A DNA stretch of 64,000 nucleotides from Dicyema japonicum (taxonomy: Eukaryota; Animalia; Dicyemida), in assembly GCA_011109175.1 (NCBI GenBank), contig RDEW01000004.1, positions 458,030-522,029 on the forward strand, in the 5' to 3' direction. Numbering within the stretch: the first letter of the stretch is position 1; the number at the start of each line of letters is the position of its first letter. The notes below the pieces were generated by a model that did no database searches, was not told the DNA's origin, and saw nothing but the letters and a program-made list of their open reading frames with translations. The position numbers and the translations under genes were made by a program. Shown here one piece after another: positions 52,561-63,959 of this stretch.

Positions 52561-53524
52561 AATAAGTTGGCTGAGTTTAGTATTTGCCAGATTATCTATA
52601 CAAGCTTTAGCACATTGTTTTTCAAGACTGTTGTCACGTGGGTCACTCACTCATGAAGAGTACTATATTTGTAGCGAATAAACTCCTAGGAAGGCAAACA
52701 TAGAGCAAAGGAAGTAGAAGATCATGATCTGCCCTTTATTTGCGTCTATTTATTTTGTTGGTGCATTGGTTTAGTGTACACTCCTCCTTACCACATTCTT
52801 TCATATCTTTGAGGAAGTACCACGCTTGTCTCATATCTTTGAGGAAGTCACATTTATTCCCCTTGTATTATTTTACCAATTTCTCCTCAAAAGGAATCGT
52901 GGATTAAAGTACATCGCATCCACTGGCTTTCCAGTTCGGCAACAGTTAATTATTTTCAAGAAGCTTTCTGCATACTTTTCCTCTCAGTAACTTTTTTGTT
53001 AAACATGAATGCGTTTTATCTCATCCCCTGTTTCTCCAGGATATTTGCCCAAAAATAAAAGTATGCGCTGTCGAAATCCAAAATCAGCATGTTCTCTCCA
53101 GACTTTTGTAAAATTAGATTTTTACTGGAAAAGTTCCTAATTTTTTTAAATGAGAGAATTTTGTATGGGAAAACGGATAATCTGGTGCCATTGGTCAAGT
53201 ACGGTGGGGGTAAGCATATATTTTTGATATTATCGAGTTTTTCGGTAACAAAAGTAAAAAAAAGTATCTATTTTAAAACATAATGAATTCCAGTAACAAT
53301 ATGCATAATTTTTAATAGGTAAGCATGCTTGTACTAACCCACGTGCTATTATTACTCAAGCACAATATCAAATTAGTCGACAAAGTAGACATAGTTACAA
53401 CGTCCTCACCAACATGTGGGAGAACATCGACTATTAAGTGGGAGGCACTCACACAGTAGACAATTCAAAACCTTATAGTAACTACCAGAATTAAAAATAA
53501 GAGAAAATAATAAAAATATGTTAA

Positions 53525-54090
53525 TCAATCTCCATCATCTTCAGTGGAACTCTCATAGGTCTGCAATCCCTCAATTCCCTTAATAGGGGAAGGTTCCTTC
53601 TTAACATAGGCGGCCCTTTTCTTCCGCAGTCTCGAAAGCGTGCTGGACTGATTCGAACGGACGATTGGAATGGCCTCATCGTCAAAGTCATCGTAGTTGG
53701 TTATCTGCTTGCGTTTCTCATTCATTTGGAGTTTCTAAGGAATAATACTTTAACTGTACTCTCTGCTTTTCCATGAATATCTTCAGTTCCTGGTTCTTCA
53801 GATAGTCCGACTGGAACTCCTCGACTGCGACTTTGGATAAGTAGGACCGGTCAATGACTCCCATCGAACTGACAATCTCAACAATCTCTGAAATTTGTTG
53901 AATAAGGCTTACTCTGCTCACAGTCGACGTCATCAATCTCCTTTACTTGCTCCAAACGGGCGATTGCTGTAATTATGAGTAATATTATAATACCATATGT
54001 TTTAGATTTATGATCTGACGTACTGTGGGGGAATCGTGGCTCATCCTTTTTGATTATTACGTATTCGTTAGAATTTGTATACGATTTCAT
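53525..54090 (-). CDS. FAM192A/NIP30 (PSME3IP1)-like small nuclear protein, spliced
   Basis: Three GT-AG introns (27, 25, 25 nt) give one open frame; ARLEQVKE..EQK..YLSKV..NQELKIF and terminal GIEGLQTYESSTEDD resemble FAM192A (from memory). Confidence 0.6.
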
Positions 54091-55355
54091 TTCCCCGCAA
54101 CAACAACGATAGTTTTAATATTTATTTAAATAATAATTATTAGTTAAATATTACAATTATATATAATTTTTTAATAAAATTCTTCCCAAAATTCGTTTTT
54201 TTGATAATAACAATTGAGGTAATTGTATCTGCTATTGTGCACGTGGGTACAGTTAATGATTTTCTCTTCTCTCTCAAAATTCGATGACCACCACTTCGAA
54301 TCATCAATATTGAAAAGTTTTTCTGGAAAAAACCCAATAATTCGTTTTGAGGTTGAAGTAGGACTATTGGCTCCATGGCTACATGAACCTCTTGGAAACC
54401 GACCTTGGGCAGCAACCTCTGTCTATCTACCTTGTTCCACTGAAAACTGCAATCAATGATGTCTATACCGACAATAACTGCAATTGGGTCACTTGAGTTG
54501 TCACATATTCCAAAGTCAGGATACTCATGTTGGAGCTAGCGTCTCAGTTAGGTGTTTGATCTGAGGAAACGGAGATGTGGTAAGAGAAGAAAGGTCTGGT
54601 GGGAAACATCGATTTAGATAATTAGAATTAATGATGGATTAGTCTCAGAGTTTAATGAACTAAATAATATGATTTATTGAACTCAGTAAGAATAGAGGAT
54701 AAAGTGCCAAGTTAGGTTTCTACACTCTTCACTGTACTTGTTGACCTACAGTGTTGTATTTTCAATATTGACATGTGGTAATCAAATGAGAATTATTATT
54801 ACTGTATTATGTGACTTCTCCCACACCACTACGCTCTCTGGTCCAGCCTTATTGTCAGCAACCATTGGGCCTCACTATAAATCACTCAAAAAGAGTCGAT
54901 CAATGAAGAAAAAATTGATCTCCCCAGAGTCCAAAGAAATGATTATTATTGACAATCACATGTCCAATAGGAATGGTTCCAATGAATGATTCCCTTTAGG
55001 ACAACAAAACAACATCTCACAAAGGTAAAAGAATTCTTAAAAATGTAAATCACAGTCATCCTTTCCCCTTCTGAGTGCTTCATGAGGTTCAATGAATCGA
55101 AAATAAATCCCCGAATTGTGCTTTTTTCAGCCCTTCCGCCGAGAAGTGGTAATTTTTCCATTACTTAAGCCTCAGTTTAGGCAGAACTTACACTTTATTT
55201 AAGAATTAACATCGAGAGTGTTTGATTATAATAGATTTATTTATAAACTTTAAAAAATTTAAAATGAATAAATTATCGAAAATTAATATAATCTAAAAAA
55301 TATTGAAAAAATATTATCTATATTTTCAAATTATTAAATTATCGCACCTTTGTGG

Positions 55356-55967
55356 ATGGACTACAAAAATCTACTCAGTTTGGCTGCTGAAAATGCTGAT
55401 GAGAGTCAGGTAATTTGTAACTCAAACTTAGAAAAAAATCAAACAGATTGCCGAAAAGGAGAGGAAATCGAGGCCCTTGGTGAAATCGATAATTCCTGTT
55501 GGAATCTTCAATGGACCTTATAGGCCGCGGTTAGCCCCCCAAAAGACGACCCAAAAAGAGGCGGAAAAAGATCCCCGAACCTTCAATAAAAAATCTTGAC
55601 TACGAATCCGTCCTAAACCTGGCCATGTCACAGGAGGATGAGAAAAATAATCCCCCAAAGACCAATAACGGTACCCCACGTGACTCTGATAAGAAAAAAC
55701 TCCCAGTGAAGCCCAAAGCCCTTGAAAAACCAAAAACAGCAAAGCAGAATAAAAGTAGCTAACAAATTACACTTTCAGAGGGCAAACCCAAAAAACAAAT
55801 CGTCTCTAGTGATAGTGGGGACAACATAAACTCATTTGAGACCATAATGAATGAGGAAAGGATAAGGTTGTCTTCAACATGACTTTAGTTGTGAAATTGG
55901 TAAGAAAATAGATGCACGTGAATTAATGAAACTAAGGAAAGATAAACGAAGGAAAAGAGATAAATAA
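55356..55967 (+). CDS. SPTY2D1: SPT2-like histone chaperone, highly compact, spliced
   Basis: MDYKNLLSLAAE, LDYESVLNLA, SFETIMNEERISCEIGKKIDARE..KRRKRDK*; introns of 22, 37, 24, 22 nt give 168 aa. Confidence 0.7.
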
Positions 55968-56309
55968 TTATTATTTTTAAATTTACTTTATTTCTCAATA
56001 ATTAGTTGATTTACCAACCATTTGGGTATTATAAACGAATGCTAATCACGGATTTATGTTCTTCGATTACCTCACTAAATACTTCATTATAAGTCTGGTT
56101 AACCCACAAACGTTATAGAGAACCACGTGACCTTGTGAAATACAGAATATTTGATTGCTGTGCAAGAGACTAAACTGAGCTTCATTCGGAAACAGAAACA
56201 GTGACGTTAGTAACTAACGCCGCCAAGAGACTTCCAGAAAGGTTTGCAGGAAAAACGATTCCTCCACGAGAGACAATACTTGTAGTCCGCACAATCCAAG
56301 AAGTTTTGT

Positions 56310-56390
56310 TGATATGTGGAACCTTCACCAGGAATGGATAGCAGCGAGATCCGAACTCTAGACTAGACTTAATTCGGGACTTGTGACACT
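56310..56390 (-). repeat. Family A SINE 5' fragment
   Basis: gtggaaccttcaccagg..agcagcgagatccgaact matches 28979-29020. Confidence 0.5.
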
Positions 56391-56774
56391 GCTAGAAATG
56401 TCATTCATAATAAGGTCAGTCCTTTTGGTAGTCATGTGGATTCATGAATAATTTCCAAGTAAACATCAGAATCTCAAGACCTTGTTGAAATCAGCTGAGA
56501 TTAAAGTCGTTAGAAATCATAAAGTTATTAATCAGTCACGTGGCTATCATGTATAAATTTCTTCCCACATATCTTATTTATTGACTAAATGACCTACTAA
56601 TGTTGCCATCACACGATATCACTTCCTGCTTACAGGCGGATAAGCCCAAACGTAATCACTGAATAATAAAATCTGTGTTTCTTTAGTAGGACATCCTATA
56701 TTTATGTCCCCCTACGTGAGCACGGAGGAATATTTTAGTAACCACGGATATACCTAAAGAGGTTTTATCTAATG

Positions 56775-56850
56775 GGGTGTGTCCATATCCGCAATTGTGG
56801 ACCCTTCCAGTGGGGTAGGGAAGAGGGGGACCTGAGGAAGGAGACAGATA
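56775..56850 (-). repeat. Family B fragment just downstream of the innexin stop
   Basis: ccccactggaagggtccacaattgcggatatggacac resembles ttccactggaggggtttccacaactgcaagtatggacgtc. Confidence 0.5.
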
Positions 56851-56892
56851 TTTGTAGAATTGAATTTGTAGTAATATGTTAGTGTAGTGAGT

Positions 56893-57983
56893 TTAGTCAG
56901 CAATAAACAGGTCCCAGAGGATCCCGACAATTCTTGTGGCGATGATGTCACTGGAATTGGAAGATAGGAGATTTATTAATAGAACTCCGTCATATTCGAG
57001 AAAGTTTAAAACAAAGAGCCTGATTTTGTCTTCTGGAATGTCGGAGTGTCCAAGCAACCTCAAATATTTATAAATGCGGGAAATTCTGTTCTTTTTCAAA
57101 AAATCCCACGACGTGAGAATAATCTCACCGACGTTGAATACTGCCAAAATCACAAACCAAAACCAAATGAAAGCGAATATTTTTTCATTAAATAGGTTCA
57201 CTGGTAGAACACACTGAATTCTATATTGGTGGACAGTCCCCAACTTCCTAATGGGACAGTCACACATGACCATTGTAGGGAACATGTGATTCGACTTCAA
57301 ATCCCTCTTTCTCAGTAGACTAATCAGTTTGATTCCGTATATTCTGTAATCATTCCCGAATAGTCTGTCCAGTAGTAATAGCTGAGTCACCAGATTGAGG
57401 AGGTACAACACTTTTACGGACAAATATAGTAGACTGAGAATTTCCTGAATTTAAGGTGTACTTTTTGAGCAGTCGATATTTTTTCTTATAAAGTATGAAT
57501 TCTTCAATGGACTTGCCAAGGTGGAAGGGGGAGGCTATTTCGTCCGTTTCCATCATTTTCCGGTAGGCATTTGCTGAGAGGATGATGTCCTTGATTGAAA
57601 TCCCTGACTTGTAGCTTAAACTATCCACACTATCGAAGGAAGGTAGAAGAAGAGGGCCTGAATGGCGAAAATAAACGGAATCCACTGATAGTAGGAGATT
57701 TCTAGTTTTTCCGTGTCCCTTGGAAGACTTTTGTCGATTTGGCGGTAATACGTATTTTTAATCCAACAAAATTGGTTGATGTAGCGCACGTGTCTTTTAG
57801 TCTCACAGCCTCCACACACAAACAAGAAATTGGTTCATTGACAAAGCTTTTGGTGGAGGAAATGATGCAGAATATTATCAGCATGATGGTTGTGTATTTG
57901 TGACTCATTCGGTCGAGGACTGAGTCTGTTTTGGGTTGCTTTGGCTTCAAGAGTCTGTGGATTATTTTGGTCGACACAGACAC
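56893..57983 (-). pseudogene. inx: Innexin, intronless, three frameshifts (pseudogene or assembly errors)
   Basis: DRMSHKYTT..EPISC, CWIKNTY, YYQWIPF..QALFFYLP, KVLYLLN, FP..VMCD..QCVLPVNLFNEKIF..WFWF spread over four ORFs in different frames; no in-frame ATG at the expected start. Confidence 0.85.
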
Positions 57984-58309
57984 GTGATGGATGTGACTAT
58001 TGGAAAATAAATTACAATTATTTTGAAAATGTAGACCAAAGTTAACATTTTCATCCTTTTTGGTAATAAAGCACTCTCACCTTACTAGGAATCAGTTTCT
58101 CCCGAGATCCGAGAATATTCGTCATTGATGGAAAGATACGAAAATGTTATTAAGAATGTCAATCAATTTCTAAGCATAATCTAATTATAATACATTTGTA
58201 GGACATTTAATATTAATTACACAACTGATTCATATGTTTTTTAGTTTACCCCCATCTCTTAGTTTTACTTAGTTCAAAGCACTACCCATAAGCATGTGAG
58301 AACTAGGGT

Positions 58310-58540
58310 TCCGATTTTGGTGTGCTTTTGCTATCAATTTTCCTCCTTCCAACTTTTGTAGTTCATAGAGGTCGTCTGCTGTCTTCATTTTTCCGTCAAC
58401 ATGGGCATCATTTTGATCCAGACAGAGGGGAACCGTAGTTCTTTGCCATCCATGAAAGTCCCCAGAAAATCCTCCGTAATGAGGTCACAGGGTCTCATCA
58501 TCTCTATACGAAGAATGTGACCAAAAATCGCCAGCGAGAT
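58310..58540 (-). mobile_element. RTE 3' end relic
   Basis: FGHILR..KTADDL. Confidence 0.55.
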
Positions 58541-58599
58541 TTTATAATTCCCTCGCTTATTGAAGATCACCGATGTTTATTATTTGGTAATTTTTTTAA

Positions 58600-59075
58600 A
58601 TCCACGAGAGTAATGCGTGAATGGAAAACTAATAAGGATAATTGCGTTTTGCTCAACAAAAACCAGGGAAAAACTAAACAAAATAATTGCGAATTAAATT
58701 GGATGCATGTTTTAAATATTTTAATGAGAAAAGAATTCAAATTCATAATTTTATTAAAATTATATGTTTTTTGCTTACCCGTCACTAATGCTCCCGTAGA
58801 AAGAATATTTTCAATTATGAATTCCACTTGGTCAACAGAAAGAGGCAGAATGAAAGGAGACACTCTCAAATCATTATTGAGTTTTTTTTGAAAAAAATCA
58901 AAAATAATCAAAAATTTCTAGATAAAGTTCATTTAATTCAAAATATAATCGACTTTTTTGGTTAATTTTAAATAAAGATATTTTCTTGTTTTCTGTGAAA
59001 TTTTTTTGTCCCGCAAAGTCATTTTGATCATCAAAATCAACAAATGTCCCGGGTTTCTAGAATAATAAAGTGGCC
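58600..59075 (+). mobile_element. hAT transposase C-terminus (dimerisation domain) with subterminal GTCCCG repeats
   Basis: CLPVTNAPVERIFSIMNSTWSTERGRM. Confidence 0.7.
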
Positions 59076-59469
59076 TAAATAAATATAATCAGAAACCTTC
59101 GACATCCGATCTAGTCCACGCACATCAAGAGACCAAGATGAAAAGGAATCTATGTGTCTGTTGGAAATTTTCCAAAAGACCTGTTCAACAATTAAATTCT
59201 TTTTTCATAAAATTGAGTTTCAAAAAATATTAGGTGATTGTTTCGATATTTCTTTGAACTCCCAAAGTCAAAATAAAGTGAATTCCGATTCCCTCTTTAA
59301 TTTTCCGATTTCTTAAACAATTATTCTGTGAATTTCAGTCCAAATCATGTCACTGCACATTGTTACGCATAAAAGGTCACCAAAATTCCCTTTATCGTAA
59401 TCGACGGTAAATAACACGTGCAAATATTAACAGATGAATTTCGAACATTGAAATATCTCTATTCTGTTA

Positions 59470-59780
59470 TTTAACATTACTCCAGATAGTGCGGTGACTA
59501 TTGCTGATTGGTTGTGGGTTCTATTCTTTACGATTTACCTGGTCGGAGGATTCCTTTCTGTTCTCTGTCTTCTTCAATTCATAAGAGGCATCAGGTACCC
59601 GATCAAGGAGACGTCCAATGCCTGACCAGTATACAAATAGGATCTATCTCTTTCCTACTCCACTATAGGGGTTCTCACAATGGCAGCTATGAATGGACGT
59701 AATGCTTGAAGAGTATGCGTCTCACTCTGACCGAAGGAATTGGAATCACTTATTTGAGGACTCTAACCAGGTGGAGTCCT
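59470..59780 (+). repeat. Family B repeat, diverged, opposite orientation
   Basis: Reverse complement contains gtgagaacccctatagtggagtagg..gatcctatttgtatactggtcaggcattgg..caaccaatcagc. Confidence 0.6.
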
Positions 59781-59849
59781 GTTGTATGAAAAAAGTTGGT
59801 TCCAATTATTGATCGTAGTACAGTCATTAATTTGAAAGAGGTCGTTTCA

Positions 59850-60400
59850 CAGTCCTATTGAATCTATACCATTCTCTGAACTAGAAGGAAGTAAAACGTG
59901 GCTTTGGTCTCCCGAAAATTTGGTTAGACTTCTCGAGCACAGGGACTATAAATAATTGTTCTTAACTTCTTTTTTATCATTTGTTCATGGAATTCCGACT
60001 TGATTCCAGAAAGCGCTTTAAAATTTCTAAATTTATAGAACTCTCACTCCGTAGTTATTGTCCACTGCCTTAAGATAGATTAGCATAAAACACCAGTCTC
60101 ACTTAAAATCCGTTTGTAGTCTTCATTGAAGCACTCAAATGTCAGAGTCGATAAAATCTGTTAGAAATAGTCCATTTGAGGAGGGATTGTATGGTGGTTG
60201 ATTCATAATTCCACAGATTGCAATATTTTACACTTTAGGAGGAATGGAAGATTTACAAACTAAGAAATCCTAAACAACACTTTCAAGAATGTTTTTTTCG
60301 AGACATGCGATCAATCTACGTTGGTGGTCGACTTTAGCTGTAAAATAAAGTTAGTTAATATTTCACGTTTTCCAGAAACATTTGAATACATAGGGCTTCG
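59850..60400 (-). mobile_element. Integrase core relic
   Basis: PPYNPSSNGL motif (PY.P.SNG.ER equivalent). Confidence 0.55.
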
Positions 60401-60419
60401 CTTTTGTCGTACTCCTTGC

Positions 60420-61150
60420 TATCCTCCCCTCCAGTATCTTCCATCTAACTTTCTCGCTTGTTTTTGTATTTCACCAAGATCTTAGTTCCCCCAATTCGGA
60501 CACAATCATGATCAAAATAAAACTAAGTGTAATTCTTGGGCGTCCTCGAATGCCCTCAACTCCACCTTGACTTAAAAGTCTCCTCATTGAACAACAAAGA
60601 TCCTTACTTTTACTCGTTTGTATTCGTTCGAGTAAACCAATACAAAAGGAAGTCAACATCTGCAACACAGAACGGATTGAGAGCTATGTTTTGAAAACCA
60701 TTGCGTCAATCTGGGTCACTCCCCCATGTTACTCCAAGTCGGCCGATTGGTTCGACAAACTCCAAAGTCCATTCCAAATGTCAGCATTATTTAGTCTCAA
60801 TTCAGATTGAAATGACCGCCTGTTTAGAATATTCACTGGAAATACAAACATCTCTATCACACATCATCAATAAACAAGGAAAGGAGTATTAGCGAGGAAT
60901 TTAGATTAAAGATGGGGGACAAATGAAATAATGTGGGTTTTGTCTCGGTCTCTTCAATCAGGTAATCTTCTGTAAACCGATCATACGAGCGTCATTTACA
61001 TGCAAGCATGTACACAAGACCATTATCCTTTATTCCACAGTCTCCATCCTTTCATTTAACTTTACATCGGCCCTCGTCCAGAGAGAAGCCTTATAGCAAA
61101 TCTCTTTTCTCCGTCAGAAATACGATTTTTATTTCCTCTGAGAAAAATCT
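60420..61150 (-). mobile_element. RTE relic (RT to 3' end)
   Basis: IRGRPRITL at ~60520-60550; decayed RT upstream. Confidence 0.5.
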
Positions 61151-61299
61151 CCCTTCTCACTCATGTATAAGTAATGGTAGAATAATTCCCTTTAAAAAGA
61201 GAACATGTCCATCTGAATAGTAGTATGCCCAGATAACTTAGTAGGTGGACATTCTTCATCTTTTTAGTGAACGGAGGTATTTCTGAGTTCAGAAATATG

Positions 61300-62130
61300 A
61301 ATGGCGTCCGCATTATCAACAGATAAGGACAACCCTTTCATCTTACACCGACCGTCGACAGACTGCCTTCTTTCAAAAAGTTAAGGCTTTTACATACCGA
61401 GGACTTGTGAGTTCTGATAGTTGGGTTGGGGAAGCCAGGCATAAACTATTATAAACAAGTGGGCTCAGCACGAACCCTGGGGACTACCCTTATCAGAACA
61501 ATACTATCAGAAGAGGAACTTTATGTTTCACGAAGGACACTTGTTCGCCTATAGACAACCCTATCCCCAAAACTGTGGGCAAAGCAATAATTCGATTTAA
61601 ACAATGAAATACCTTACTAGCCCTGCTAGCGTACCATGAGGACTAATTCAGCTGTGGTCGACTAGGAACACCTTACCGTTAAGCTTGGATGAAGACATCG
61701 GAGATGGGGAGGACCCCAGGACGTGATCTGCCACCGAACAGACAAAAGTGGGAAAATTAACTGAGGAACGAATAAAGGGTATTCACTCGAGAAAACTGTC
61801 CAAATTTGTTGCTAACAAACTAAACCTTTTTTCTTACCAAGCAACCACCAAATAGTAGGCTTGGTAGTGGATAAGGACCAATTAATTAGAATTCTCAATG
61901 ATTGGATATCGGACGTTTTTAGCACATAAATTTCTTCTATTAAATGTCTCTCCAGTACGATAAGGAGGTCGAGGTACTATACTTTTCATGAGATGAGCAC
62001 AATAAAGTTACTTCACCAGGTATAAGGACCAATTTCCAAATAAATTAAAGTTTAAACTAAGGTTGAGTCAATTTATCTTTTAAAAACTTCTGAGGTCACC
62101 CTTTAGTCCCAACACGATGGAGTTGGTTAA
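61300..62130 (-). mobile_element. LINE RT relic
   Basis: PQGSVLSPL at ~61460-61490; decayed domain 0 upstream. Confidence 0.5.
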
Positions 62131-62159
62131 AACAAGAGCATGGTTCTTCCATAACACTA

Positions 62160-62530
62160 GTCATTGGCAATCTCTTCACGCTCCCCGATCCTTGGCTGTC
62201 TCGATAAGTCTACGCCACCTGCGGGCTTCAACTCATTTTCCAGTGTTTTCCAGGTCCTAAGACAAGTCATGATTATAAGACAATTCTCAATCGGTCGTGA
62301 GCCTACAAGTCATCCATTAACATTTATCGATAATAAACTAATTATTTATTCCGTAAAAAGTTTTTCTGTGAATATTCTGCAAAAATTCTAAATACACTTA
62401 CGAATTCAAGAAGACACTGGAAAACGGTGGGCTCGCTGGCGGATCACTCGAGGAGAGTCCTGGAATTACTCAAAGCTGGGATCACTTGACAGCTTCATTT
62501 TGGTGTTCTCAGAGTTTCTTAAAATAGAAC
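62160..62530 (+). mobile_element. LINE 3' end (GIT* family)
   Basis: ..AGIT* (gctgggatcacttga) followed by a short UTR. Confidence 0.5.
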
Positions 62531-62579
62531 TCGGTAAACATGTCATTAGCAATGCACAAATAATATTATTAACCGCAAA

Positions 62580-62740
62580 ACAACGTTAGTAAAGTTATCT
62601 CGCTTGTGCCACCCTCTCCTGGATGCGTTTTGTTAATCGCTTCCAGTTCCCTCTGTTCTTCGATAGGTCCCTCAGGTGCTCAAGATCATCTGCTTACGTC
62701 AACCCTTTCCCAATCGAAGCTAGGTCTTGATGTAGAAAAT
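62580..62740 (-). mobile_element. RTE 3' end
   Basis: LHQDL..ADDLEHLRDLSKNRGNWKRLTKRI. Confidence 0.7.
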
Positions 62741-62744
62741 TAAT

Positions 62745-63046
62745 TAATTTATTTATTAACCCCGGATACACCGAAAAAGAAGTTAAAGTAAACAACTAAT
62801 GAAGTGTATCCAGTTTCCACTTCCACAGAGTCCGGAATCAACATAAAGGGTAAAAGACGTCCATACTTGCAGTTGTGGAAACCCCTCCAGTGGAGTGAGG
62901 GAGAGCAAATGATCCTTTTTCGTGCCGGCCTGACACTGGCGCCACCTAGACAGGTGGATCACATGACGACACTCTAATAGGAAAGAGAGGAGGAACAGAT
63001 GAACAAACAGAAACTTCAACCAATTAGCCACGAAGCACCACATGGG
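62745..63046 (-). repeat. Family B SINE-like repeat, full length
   Basis: Near-identical to 36190-36492; retains all helices of the pseudoknot-like core. Confidence 0.9.
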
Positions 63047-63332
63047 TAATAAAAAACGAATTCCTGAAGTAAAGAGTAAAATTATTATTTAAATCTTGTC
63101 ATTCTAGAAGGGGTCTCCTTTATAGATACGAGTTTACTGTTTAACCTTCACAAACTAGCTCGACGTTAGCAACATAACCACCACGACCATTAATAGTCAA
63201 CAACTCCAATTAACCTAACATAAAAATACACTTCATAAATCAAATTATTCAAATATCAACAAATTCTATCCAATACAAGTTTTTTTAATTACTTTCGGCT
63301 TAAGAATTGACTCATGTTTTACCTTTCCCCCT

Positions 63333-63959
63333 TCATGGATAATCTTGGTATAAAACAGATAATACCCGCATCACGTGACAGGTCAGGGACTCGTACAAAT
63401 TAACGCCAGTTTTGGCAGATGTCTCAAAGTAATCCTTTATGCCAAGTTCATCACACTTGCTAGTAAGTTCCCTCCTTCTTTTGCTCGTTATGCACAATTT
63501 ATCCACCTTCCATTAAAAATCCTCAACTTTGGTGATCGCCAAGGTAAATATCCCACCATCGTTTTTTTCTCGGATGCTTTTGACCCACGCTTCTATCTCC
63601 TCCAGACTACCAGAGGACACGTCGTCAGTGCAGATTATATATCCGTCCATTTCATTGAAAAATCCGAAAGTGGGAAAATTGAGGGTGACTTGACCTCAAG
63701 TAAGGACTAAGACCCACCAGAATGTTCAAATATGTTTATTTTTATTCTGTCCATGGTTGGGAGTCGAATGCTGGTGGAGAGACATCCATTACTGTTCTGG
63801 TATCAAATACAATGGCTTACATAGTTTTCGATTTTTTTAGTGAAAGTTTTGTGAATCAATGAATTTACGAAACAGGTCTTCCCGCACCCTTTCCTCCCAA
63901 TAAGCAATATTTTGGGAGTTCTCGTAAATTTATGAGAACTTTCTATAAATTGAGGACAT
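63333..63959 (-). CDS. Divergent Rab-like small GTPase, spliced (missed by the ORF track)
   Basis: Introns of 19, 29, 23, 21 nt give G1 GRKGCGKT, G2 TING, G3 FEHSGQ, G4 TKVD, G5 ETSAK; ends YQDYP*. Confidence 0.8.

Noticed and set aside
52801-52848. Direct repeat tcatatctttgaggaagt x2 (similar local duplication near 33220-33260)
   Set aside because: Two units only; ordinary local duplication, not CRISPR-like
54140-55161. TMEM192 or carnitine/choline acyltransferase assignment
   Set aside because: Only isolated short matches; no consistent reading frame
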